A stretch of DNA of 64,000 nucleotides from Candidatus Baldrarchaeota archaeon. Its GTDB lineage: Archaea; Asgardarchaeota; Baldrarchaeia; Baldrarchaeales; DXJG01. Below, in pieces: positions 29,901 to 38,634 of this stretch. Numbering within the stretch: the stretch's first letter is position 1; each line of letters opens with the position of its first letter. A program made the position numbers and the translations under genes. Location: the NCBI GenBank assembly GCA_019056805.1, contig DXJG01000002.1, positions 154,178 to 218,177 on the forward strand, given 5' to 3'. Below the pieces are notes generated by a model. That model saw only the letters and a program-made list of their open reading frames with translations. It was not told the origin of the DNA and searched no databases.

Positions 29901-31265
29901 CTAAGCAGCTTTGATGAATTTTTCCTCGTACTTTCGTAGAAACTCAGAAGTTTCCTTGATATCCGAGAACAATTTTCGTACTCGTTCAATATCATCAATA
30001 CTTACTTCCCTTCTGCCTTCTTCCTTTGCATTCACAGCCGCTGGTGTGATCAGAAGAGATGCAAATCTCAAAGAACTTTCTACAGCAATGTCTGCTAGTT
30101 TTTCTAAAGCATCCTTGTTAAGTTCCACACCTTCGGCTTTTGCTCTTATTTTTAAGATCTCTATTACTTCTTCTCGAGAATATGGCCTAGTACAGATGAT
30201 TAGAAGTCTGTCTAAGAAGTCTAGCGGCATTCCCATTGGAGATACATAGTCGGTTCCTCGTATTTTCGTTACTCCACGGTTTGTAGCTAAGATTATAATT
30301 GGTGCTAGTTCACTTTCCATCGCTCGTGTAAGAAATGAAAATGCTTCCAAATCTAAGAGACTTGCTTCATCAATGAATAACACTCCTGGGAGAATCTCTG
30401 CTTTTCCTTGTTCGACCCATTCTTTCACCATCTCATCGACTTGTTCTCTGATTTCTGGGTCAATTTCTTTTTCTTCTCTTCCACCAAAGAACAAAGAAAG
30501 CAAAGTACCACTTGATCTCCTTGCTGTCATTTCATCTAGGTCGTTTAAAGTGACTGTGTAAACAAATTCTTTTTCTTTTAATATTGGCCCTGATGGTACC
30601 GGAATTATACGTTCAGCTTCAATATCGTAAGTTTTTTCTCTTTCGGCACTGCGTCCAAGTCTGGTTACCCTTCCTGTTTCAGCATCTATCATTATTATAT
30701 CACCTTCTGAGATTCCCTGATTTATTAGTTGCATTGCTACACTTTGTCCTACTTCAAAGGTCTTTGTTTCACTTTTTGTTCTTAATGTAATCCTAGCTGA
30801 TTCTGGTATTTGCATATAGGGATTGTAGGGGTTCCTAGTCATTTTTATATTCAGACTTTTCACTTCTCCTTCGTAGATTTTTCTTAGTTCATGTATTCTG
30901 ATTCCAATGGATTTTCGCATAGCGCTCATAAGAATTTCTGTCTTTTTCTTCTCTTCACTATAAATTTCACTGCCAGCAATCATTACAAAGGGTACATCTT
31001 CACCTAACTCTTTTGCAATCGCGATGGCAATTGCAGTTTTACCTGTCCCAGGTGGCCCGGCTAGAAGAACAGCTCTTCCAGCCATTTTTCCTTCTTTAAT
31101 CATATTAACTATTATACCAGCCGCTTCTCTTGCTTCAGTTTGTCCTACCATTCCATCTGCAATAAGTTCAGCTTTTAAATTTTTTAATCCGAGGCCTTTA
31201 ATATGGCTATGGGCACCAATTCTTTCAAATCTGCCTGGTCCACGAACTTCCCGAATTTCCGTCAC
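29901..31265 (-). CDS. RuvB-like AAA+ ATPase (TIP49/RuvBL family)
   Basis: N-terminal IGAHSHIKGLGL, Walker A motif GPPGTGKTAIA, the inserted OB-like domain II, and Walker B ahead of ..VLFIDE.. Size is that of a TIP49 homolog. Confidence 0.8.
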   Translation of the reverse strand: MTEIREVRGPGRFERIGAHSHIKGLGLKNLKAELIADGMVGQTEAREAAGIIVNMIKEGKMAGRAVLLAGPPGTGKTAIAIAIAKELGEDVPFVMIAGSEIYSEEKKKTEILMSAMRKSIGIRIHELRKIYEGEVKSLNIKMTRNPYNPYMQIPESARITLRTKSETKTFEVGQSVAMQLINQGISEGDIIMIDAETGRVTRLGRSAEREKTYDIEAERIIPVPSGPILKEKEFVYTVTLNDLDEMTARRSSGTLLSLFFGGREEKEIDPEIREQVDEMVKEWVEQGKAEILPGVLFIDEASLLDLEAFSFLTRAMESELAPIIILATNRGVTKIRGTDYVSPMGMPLDFLDRLLIICTRPYSREEVIEILKIRAKAEGVELNKDALEKLADIAVESSLRFASLLITPAAVNAKEEGRREVSIDDIERVRKLFSDIKETSEFLRKYEEKFIKAA

Positions 31266-31355
31266 CCCACAACCCTCCCTTTTACTCAGTATTCAGTATT
31301 AAATTAAATATTTAAAATTTAAAGTTCACGCTAAGGTTATGGTTTTTTTAAAGAT

Positions 31356-31413
31356 TAAAATTTATATTGATTTCTTTGCATCCTTTTTTACTGGAAATAA
31401 AAATTTATATTGA
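31356..31413. repeat. Direct repeat of a TATA-like AT-rich 15-nt motif (UAAAAUUUAUAUUGA, 2 copies)
   Basis: Copies at 31356..31370 and about 31398..31413, in the divergent promoter region upstream of the RuvB-like gene. Confidence 0.5.
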
Positions 31414-31599
31414 AATGTTTTTAAAATGTCGGGATTTAAAATCATATTAACGTTTATTTTTGAAGCTGATGATTTTTCTAATAACATTGTGATAATTACA
31501 AAAATCGATGTAGATATCTTAAAAATTAATTTAATAAAACCGTGGTTTTTAATTTTTTTCTAAAGCAAAACTTAAATCTATATGTAGTTACATATATAC

Positions 31600-31740
31600 G
31601 CGATATGCGGATAGTATGGAGGAAGGAGATAAAAGGGTGAGAGGCTCCGTCAACGTGTGAGTAGGTCTCCCCCCTCCTCCCCCTCGCCACTGATATCACG
31701 CATTTGTGGCGTGTTTCTGTTTTTTGACGGGGCCCGCCAA
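31600..31740. ncRNA. GC-rich intergenic island (candidate structured RNA or 5' leader)
   Basis: A purine-rich tract (GGAGGAAGGAGAUAAAAGGGUGAGAGG) followed by a CU-rich tract (UCUCCCCCCUCCUCCCCCUCGCC) that can pair with it, then a hairpin CACGC-AUUUGUG-GCGUG. It lies 55-190 nt upstream of the 31795 gene. Confidence 0.3.
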
Positions 31741-31794
31741 ACTTTAATTTACTACTTTTAACATTTTTATCACAATAATTCGGAGGTTCTGATC

Positions 31795-32688
31795 GTGTAT
31801 CATCACATGCTTATAGGTACAAATATAGAACCAGAAGTTTCGCGGATAGAAAACGGGTTATCTTTACATTTTTATAAGTTAGGGGAGGGGAAACCAAGGA
31901 TTTTTATTACAAGCGGGATTCATGGAGATGAACAAACGGGGGTGTATGTGGCAGAGGATCTTCTTCAAAGGCTTGGTAAAATGGAACTCTTTGGTAGTAT
32001 CACCATTCTTCCAGTTGCGAATCCTCCCGCTTTTAGATGTAAAACTCGAATTTCACCATTAGACGGTCTAGATTTGAACCGAGTGTTTCCAGGAAATAGT
32101 GAAGGTACTGTTACAGAACGCTTAGCTGCGGAAATATGGGAACAAGCAAGACAAGCAGATTATATAATAGATTTGCACTGCTGCGAGTATGATTGCGTGC
32201 CTTACGTATTAGCTTTACATAGAGAATTCAGTTATGTTAGGACATTTTCTTATAAGCTTGGAATACCTCACATTATCGAATCGACTGGGTTACGTGGACA
32301 ATTATTTGTTGAGGCAAGTCATGAAGGTATTCCAGCAGTAATAATAGAAATGAGAGGAAGTAGATATATTGATTTACAGTCAGCAGTTCAAGTCAGAGAG
32401 GTACTCCTAAATTTTCTTACGACATTAGGTCTAGTTCAAGGTCGTGCATTAGAAAGTAAGTCGGAATTTTATGGAAGAATAACGGAAATAAAGTCACCTG
32501 CAAACGGTGTATTTATACCAAAACTTTTGTGTGGAGCTGAGGTAAACGAGGAAACTTTGCTTGGAGAAATAAGGGGAGGTAGCAAGATACACTCTCCAAT
32601 TAGTGGATTACTAGTTTACATTGAAAAACCAGCATATGTATTTAAAGGCGATAAAGTTGCGGGAGTAGCAGCAAAACTAAAATATTAA
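31795..32688 (+). CDS. Succinylglutamate desuccinylase/aspartoacylase (AstE/AspA) family zinc hydrolase
   Basis: HGDEQTG zinc-binding motif and a downstream His/Glu pattern. Confidence 0.7.
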   Translation: MYHHMLIGTNIEPEVSRIENGLSLHFYKLGEGKPRIFITSGIHGDEQTGVYVAEDLLQRLGKMELFGSITILPVANPPAFRCKTRISPLDGLDLNRVFPGNSEGTVTERLAAEIWEQARQADYIIDLHCCEYDCVPYVLALHREFSYVRTFSYKLGIPHIIESTGLRGQLFVEASHEGIPAVIIEMRGSRYIDLQSAVQVREVLLNFLTTLGLVQGRALESKSEFYGRITEIKSPANGVFIPKLLCGAEVNEETLLGEIRGGSKIHSPISGLLVYIEKPAYVFKGDKVAGVAAKLKY

Positions 32689-33202
32689 TCACTATGAGCT
32701 GGATAACACCATTAGCCATTTAATTACTATGATTATGGATATTACAAAAGATGAGACTCTTAATAAAATGGCAACAATTGGATTATTAGATAAGACCGAA
32801 GAAAACTTTATCATCAGGAAGAAAGAGACAAAAAATGGTATACATGAAATAAATAGACTAACAGCATCATTTGAGACAGCTATTAAGAAAGCATCAAGAA
32901 ACCAAATAAGCAGTACTATAAAAACAATTGTAAGTAAATTCATGTCTATCTTCCTCAATAATTTAGTATCGAAGCTAGGTATATAAAGAAAACATAATTC
33001 ACAAAATCTAAATCTGAAGTTTTTATATCACGAAGTTAATAAGGCTAATGAATAAGCCACCAATTATAATTGATGGACAAAATATATTTAGTTCACGCGA
33101 GTTATGTAGAGTAAATGTTAGATATCGGGTGTTGCAGAAATTTATCCCTTAAATACATTAAATCGGAAATTTATTTAACTATTTATTGGAAGTGACTCAA
33201 AA

Positions 33203-34306
33203 TTGTTTAAAATATGGATCGATGTTCTTACACCTAAACAACTGTTATTTTTCACAAAAATTTCCGAAAAATTGAAAAATGAAGGTTTAGAAACACTTCT
33301 AACTTCGAGAGACTATCAAGAAGTTAACGACCTAATAAAACAGAAAAACCTAAATATTCCCGCTATCGGTAAACATGGAGGCTATAGACTTAAAGATAAA
33401 CTACTAGCAAGTACTGAAAGAATTCTACTCCTAACCCAATACGTAGATAAAATGCAGCCAGACGCAGCCTTATCTTTTTCCTCGCCAGAAGCAGCACGAG
33501 TAGCATATGGACTTAACATACCACATATATGCATAAACGATTCACCCCACTCCGAAGCTGTTGCTCGACTAACAATACCATTGTCTAAATTACTTTTCAC
33601 ACCAAAAATAATCCCAAAAAAAGTCTGGAGAAAATTTGGAATATCTGAACAATATATTATACAATACCGAGCTCTAGACCCAATTGTTTGGCTTAAAGAC
33701 TTCAAACCAGATATTAAGGTAATAAAAGAGTTAAAGTTAAACCTAGACCAGCCAATTGTAGTAATAAGACCAGCAGAAACCTATGCAGCCTACCTCAGGG
33801 ATCAAATATCTGATATTTGTCCAATTACAGCGAAAATAACACAAAAATTATTAAAAATCTTGAATAGCGATGTTCAAATCGTAATTGTTCCAAGATATAA
33901 GGAACAAAGAAAAATGTTAAAGACAAAATTTATGGAAAATGTTATAATTCCAGAACATGCCATTGATACAATCAGCTTGCTGTATTATTCCAGCTTACTT
34001 ATAGGGGCAGGAGGTACAATGAATGCAGAAGCAGCTCTCTTGGGAAGGCCGGTTATTTCATGTTTTCCCGGAGAAACCACACTTGTTGAACGGTATTTAA
34101 TAAATAGAAAACTTGTATATAGAGTAAAAAGTCCAGAAGAAGCAGTAAAATTAGCGTTAAATATTTTGCAAAATGTAGAAAAATTTTTAAACATTCACAA
34201 GGAACGAGCACTTAAAATATTGAGCAATATGGAAAACCCAGCTGAAGTTATTTCAAAAAAGCTGAAAAGTTATCTAAATAAATATTACAGGACAAGGAGA
34301 AGATGA
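33203..34306 (+). CDS. DUF354 family protein (glycosyltransferase/epimerase-like fold)
   Basis: Conserved archaeal DUF354 pattern. Adjacent to the GT4 transferase gene. Confidence 0.55.
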   Translation: MFKIWIDVLTPKQLLFFTKISEKLKNEGLETLLTSRDYQEVNDLIKQKNLNIPAIGKHGGYRLKDKLLASTERILLLTQYVDKMQPDAALSFSSPEAARVAYGLNIPHICINDSPHSEAVARLTIPLSKLLFTPKIIPKKVWRKFGISEQYIIQYRALDPIVWLKDFKPDIKVIKELKLNLDQPIVVIRPAETYAAYLRDQISDICPITAKITQKLLKILNSDVQIVIVPRYKEQRKMLKTKFMENVIIPEHAIDTISLLYYSSLLIGAGGTMNAEAALLGRPVISCFPGETTLVERYLINRKLVYRVKSPEEAVKLALNILQNVEKFLNIHKERALKILSNMENPAEVISKKLKSYLNKYYRTRRR

Positions 34307-34309
34307 ATA

Positions 34310-35314
34310 ATGGTATCATTTTCCGATGTAATATATGCGGTACTGGGATTTACTGTCTCTTTCGTCGTAACTTTTATCCTAGTACCATTACTAATTCGCA
34401 AATTCAAAGAAAAAGGAATAGTAGGAACAGATATTCATAAATCTGAAAAACCAGAAATACCCGAAATGGGTGGATTAAGTATTTTAATTTCTACTATCAT
34501 CGCTGGCATCCTGCTTTCTGCATTATACAGAGAGTTAGCAAATATTTTTATCGTATTTTTAATAGTTGTTGTCGCTGTGGGAATAATTGGAGCAATAGAC
34601 GATATTAGACCTCTAAATCCGAAATTAAAACCGATTTTAACAGCTCTAGCAGGATTACCAATAATACTTCTTGGAACATATGTTCCAAGACCTGTGCTTC
34701 CTATAATAGGGAAAACAAGATTAACTATCGTATATCCACTACTCATTCTTGCAAGCTTTGCTGTATCAACTAATGCTGTTAACATGTTAGATATATTCAA
34801 TGGTGCTATGGCTGGTACTTGTGGTATACTCTTTCTTGCACTGCTAATAGCATCGATTATTTTAGGTTCTGAAGCTGGACTTATACTATCCGCTATAATG
34901 CTCGGTTCTTTAATTGCCTTTTACTATTACAACAAATATCCGGCCAAAATATTTTCTGGAGATGTAGGATCTCTTGCAGTAGGTGCTGCAATAGCTGCAA
35001 CTGCAATAATTGGAAGACTTGAGATAATAACGATAGTTGCAATGATGCCTCATATTATGAATGGGTTTCATAGCTTAGCAAGTATTGGTGGGCTTTTAGA
35101 AAGAAGACAAATAAAGGCAAGACCTACAAAAATACTTTCAGATGGAAGACTTGTAGCCAATGAAGATCCTAAAGCTCCAATAACGCTTGCCAGGCTAATA
35201 TTAGCAGGAGGCCCTCTCTATGAATATGAAATAGTGAAAGTGCTTTTCCTGCTGTCAGCATATAGCGGACTACTTGCTATAATCACCGCACTAATAATTG
35301 CATGGGGGTTATAA
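34310..35314 (+). CDS. aglH: Glycosyltransferase family 4 (MraY/WecA/AglH-like) UDP-GlcNAc:dolichyl-phosphate GlcNAc-1-P transferase
   Basis: Multi-pass membrane protein with GT4 polyprenyl-phosphate sugar-1-P transferase motifs (..NMLDIFNG.., DD pattern). Confidence 0.7.
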   Translation: MVSFSDVIYAVLGFTVSFVVTFILVPLLIRKFKEKGIVGTDIHKSEKPEIPEMGGLSILISTIIAGILLSALYRELANIFIVFLIVVVAVGIIGAIDDIRPLNPKLKPILTALAGLPIILLGTYVPRPVLPIIGKTRLTIVYPLLILASFAVSTNAVNMLDIFNGAMAGTCGILFLALLIASIILGSEAGLILSAIMLGSLIAFYYYNKYPAKIFSGDVGSLAVGAAIAATAIIGRLEIITIVAMMPHIMNGFHSLASIGGLLERRQIKARPTKILSDGRLVANEDPKAPITLARLILAGGPLYEYEIVKVLFLLSAYSGLLAIITALIIAWGL

Positions 35315-35576
35315 ACACTTGAACAATAAACATATACTCAATATTCTTGGTATAATGACCTTAGTATGGGTTACAATGTTAATAGGGCTTGTTATTATCT
35401 GGAAATTTATTGTCCCATTATCTTATCCTTCAAATTCTTACCTTATTACATTTTTAATTAGCACTTTCAAAGTTGGAGTTTCTGGTATCTTAGCTTTTAT
35501 ATGGCTCTATCTCTGGAACAAACTTGTAAAAACATATTTCTGGAAAACACTACGAGGTAACCGTGACAATGAATAA
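35298..35576 (+). CDS. Small membrane protein
   Basis: Two predicted hydrophobic helices. Overlaps neighbouring genes by a few nt (operon-like). Confidence 0.4.
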   Translation: MHGGYKHLNNKHILNILGIMTLVWVTMLIGLVIIWKFIVPLSYPSNSYLITFLISTFKVGVSGILAFIWLYLWNKLVKTYFWKTLRGNRDNE

Positions 35577-36246
35577 AGAAAATGAAGGTAGCAATGAAAT
35601 GAAATCTTACGAATCGAAGTCAATAAGTATAAAACTACCGTCAAATTATCCAGAAATCGATCTAAAAGACGTTTTCATAGCTTCATATATTGCTGTTACA
35701 AAATTTAATGCAAAAATATTAAAAATAAACGAAACAATCAGAAAAGATAATTTAATATCTGGAGAATTACTTTTTAAAATCCCCAAAAATGAAGACATCC
35801 TTATAAATATACTGCTCGACGGAACATCTAAACAACTAATAATAACATGTCAATACGAAAAAACAAATGAAATTGATAACTTGATCCGCGACATTGAGAA
35901 CAACATATCTTTTCTTGTAGAAAAGTTTTCAAAACTAAGTGAAGAAGAAAGAACAAAAATAAGAAGAGTAGTTAAAGTATTGAAAGAAATAGATAGAACA
36001 TCTTTGTCGATCCTAAGCCAAGAAGATGTTGAAAAAATATACTTTTTACTTTCATTGTTGCGAGAGAGAATATGCGAATATACAAAAAACCTAATAGAAA
36101 TATCCCTTAAAACAGAGCGGTGGTTAAAAATCCTTAATAACCTTAGGACAGAACCTAATACGAAACTCGATAACGATACAGCTAAAAAACTTCTATCAGA
36201 ATTATCTCATTGGAAAGAAAAGATATGTGAGAGAATAAAAATATAA
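35563..36246 (+). CDS. Hypothetical helical protein
   Basis: ORF only. Confidence 0.4.
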   Translation: MTMNKENEGSNEMKSYESKSISIKLPSNYPEIDLKDVFIASYIAVTKFNAKILKINETIRKDNLISGELLFKIPKNEDILINILLDGTSKQLIITCQYEKTNEIDNLIRDIENNISFLVEKFSKLSEEERTKIRRVVKVLKEIDRTSLSILSQEDVEKIYFLLSLLRERICEYTKNLIEISLKTERWLKILNNLRTEPNTKLDNDTAKKLLSELSHWKEKICERIKI

Positions 36247-36248
36247 AG

Positions 36249-36494
36249 GTGGCAGGCAAAATGGGAAAAGTAAAAAAGGGAGTTAATTGCAGTGTAGCAG
36301 GATGTAGCGATCGCGCGATTCAATCGATATCCATAGATAAAGTCCAAGAAGCGGCCCAATCTATGGGATTAAAATTCGACACCAAAAAATCAAGAAGAAT
36401 TTACCTGTGTGAAAAACATTACAAAGAAGTTAAAAAATATCTTAAAAAAACTAAAAAACTAGAAAAATGGAAACACGGCCTACCATTTACCTAA
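36249..36494 (+). CDS. Small Cys/His-containing basic protein
   Basis: CSVAGC...CEKHY pattern. 81 aa. Confidence 0.4.
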   Translation: MAGKMGKVKKGVNCSVAGCSDRAIQSISIDKVQEAAQSMGLKFDTKKSRRIYLCEKHYKEVKKYLKKTKKLEKWKHGLPFT

Positions 36495-36756
36495 TAAAAC
36501 TAAAAGATATACCAGCCAAAATACGATCCATATGATCCTGAACTGTTTCCCAGATAATTTCTAATTCACCAGCAGTTAACCCAATACCGATAAGTGACAA
36601 CGCAATTGAGATGAATATCAAAGCAATAATTTTATCACGCATTTTGTAACACCCTTAAGTTTGCTATGGATATATAAAAGTGATAAATTTAAAATTTATG
36701 TATCACCGGTAGTAAACCGTAAAATTTATTCCAATGCAACTGTATAGTTAAATTAC

Positions 36757-36828
36757 GCCCGATGACATTGCTCGGCCAGCCTGATGAAGCAGACTAGCTC
36801 ATGATGAACCTACGCAGGCAGGAAGGGC
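36757..36828 (+). ncRNA. GC-rich element with C/D-box-like motifs (weak candidate sRNA)
   Basis: GCCC...GGGC terminal complementarity, a cGAUGA box, two UGAUGA boxes and a CUGA. The spacing is non-canonical. Confidence 0.2.
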
Positions 36829-37001
36829 ATAATTTTTTCTATCCTAATCATTTAATCTTCATACTATATATGTTAGTGAGCAATCAGCATAAATAATATT
36901 TTCATTTATTGTCCGCACAAAAGATTTAGCAAAAAAGATAAAAATAGAACCTTTATTTGATATCAACAAGTATTAAAAAATCGAGTTATGGGAGGAGAAA
37001 A

Positions 37002-37940
37002 ATGCAAATTACGGACTTATTACTGGGACCATCGATTTGGGTAATAGCCTTCCTTCTACTCATACTAGTGGTTATAGTCCTTTCATGCATACGAGTACTA
37101 GCGGAATATGAAAGGGGAGTAATATTCAGACTTGGAAGAGCATTACCTGGAGTAAAAGGTCCCGGAATTATATTTCTAATACCTATAATTGACAGATTAG
37201 TTAAAGTAGACCTAAGAGAACACTTCTTTGAAATACCAAGACAAAGATGTATAACCAAAGATAACGCCCCTGTAGACATAGATGTTTTGATCTATTATAA
37301 AGTAGTTAACGCGCGAGATTCGGTAATCAAAGTTAAAGACTTTAAAGGTGCATCCGTTGGAATCGCGCAAACAACACTAAGAGCTGTCGTTGGAGACATT
37401 GTTTTAGATGACGTGTTAGCCAAAAGAGAATACATAAACACGGTGCTCAGAGACAAACTTGACGAGGCTACAGAAAGATGGGGAGTAAAAGTTACAACAG
37501 TAGAAATTAGAGAAATAGATCCCCCAAGACAAGTCCAAGACGCGATGATTAAACAGATGGAAGCAGAAAGAATTAGAAGAGCAATGGTTACGGAAGCAGA
37601 CGGTAAAAGGGAAGCATCGATAAAGGTTGCTGAAGGTGAAAAACAGGCAGCCATACTAAAAGCAGAAGGTAAACGAAGAGCAATGATTTTAGAAGCTGAA
37701 GGTGAAAGACAAGCAGCAATCTTAAAAGCAGAAGGTTACTCTGCCGCTCTTAATAAAATCTATTCTGTTGCAAAGAACCTTGACTATAAAACAATGGCAC
37801 TGCAATACCTAGAAACATTGAAATCTCTTGGAGCAAGCCCATCAACTAAGTTTATATTCCCAGCAGAGTTCATGCAATTAATTGCTCCAATAAGAGAATT
37901 CCTAGGCGGGGTTTCGAAGTCTTCAAGTGACAAAGAGTAA
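37002..37940 (+). CDS. SPFH/band-7 (stomatin/prohibitin-like) membrane protein
   Basis: N-terminal transmembrane segment, then an SPFH domain, then an A/E/K-rich coiled coil. Start adjusted to the Met after the GGGAGGAG Shine-Dalgarno. Confidence 0.8.
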   Translation: MQITDLLLGPSIWVIAFLLLILVVIVLSCIRVLAEYERGVIFRLGRALPGVKGPGIIFLIPIIDRLVKVDLREHFFEIPRQRCITKDNAPVDIDVLIYYKVVNARDSVIKVKDFKGASVGIAQTTLRAVVGDIVLDDVLAKREYINTVLRDKLDEATERWGVKVTTVEIREIDPPRQVQDAMIKQMEAERIRRAMVTEADGKREASIKVAEGEKQAAILKAEGKRRAMILEAEGERQAAILKAEGYSAALNKIYSVAKNLDYKTMALQYLETLKSLGASPSTKFIFPAEFMQLIAPIREFLGGVSKSSSDKE

Positions 37941-37981
37941 ACTACCCTACTACGAAGTTAAAGAAGATACAATAAATAATT

Positions 37982-38347
37982 TCACATACCTTCTTTTATT
38001 CTTTCTATTATTTTGTTTAACCTTTCCTTGTCTTCAGCTGCTATTACAACATTTTTATAGCTTGGAAGAGCAATGGAAACTTCTTTAATGAAAAGTTGTA
38101 GAGCTATATGAGCAGGGTGTTCCGAGACATCCAGCGATCCGTCTTCGAAAACAAATGACGCTTCCTTCCATGTCTTTTTTTCTTCGTCCACAGGCCATAA
38201 TGCATAAGCATAATCATCCGTCATAAGCACTATTGATGGAGAGCTTTTCCAAGCTTCTTCTACATATTCTAACATTTTTTGGGCATTTTCCTTTTTCCCC
38301 ATAGCTTTCAACCCTCCACTATTACTCACTCCAAATAAGTACAGCAA
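37982..38347 (-). CDS. Small alpha/beta protein, possible profilin-like fold
   Basis: N-terminal helix with aromatic residues (MLEYVEEAWKS), beta region (IVLMTDDYAYALWP) and a C-terminal helix (KERLNKIIERIKEG). The topology resembles profilin. Confidence 0.3.
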   Translation of the reverse strand: MLYLFGVSNSGGLKAMGKKENAQKMLEYVEEAWKSSPSIVLMTDDYAYALWPVDEEKKTWKEASFVFEDGSLDVSEHPAHIALQLFIKEVSIALPSYKNVVIAAEDKERLNKIIERIKEGM

Positions 38348-38634
38348 TATTAGTAACGTCCTTACTTTCTTTAAGTTTTCACTAGCTTTTTACTTTCACT
38401 TTTATAGTTAAACCTAAATAAACACTATCATCGGTACCATCATAACATTTTTCACCTTGCCAAATCAGTAATATTAACTTGGTGTACTAAGTTACTTGAA
38501 ACCACATTTAAAACTGTATTAAAAGTATATTAATTGCAGAGTGTAGAAACTGTCATTTAATCGATCATATATGGTCGTGCTTAACGAGATATTAATTCAA
38601 AATAGGGAATGTCGAAACTTAGGAGGCATATGTT

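Noticed and set aside
32692-32986. Overlapping opposite-strand small ORFs 32692..32958 (-) and 32729..32986 (+)
   Set aside because: The two are mutually exclusive and neither has homology support. The hydrophobic minus-strand one could be a small membrane protein, but I cannot decide, so neither is called.
36487-36642. 51-aa hydrophobic minus-strand ORF (MRDKIIALIFISIALSLIGIGL...)
   Set aside because: It is a plausible small membrane peptide, but it is short, overlaps the 3' end of the plus-strand gene and has no further support.
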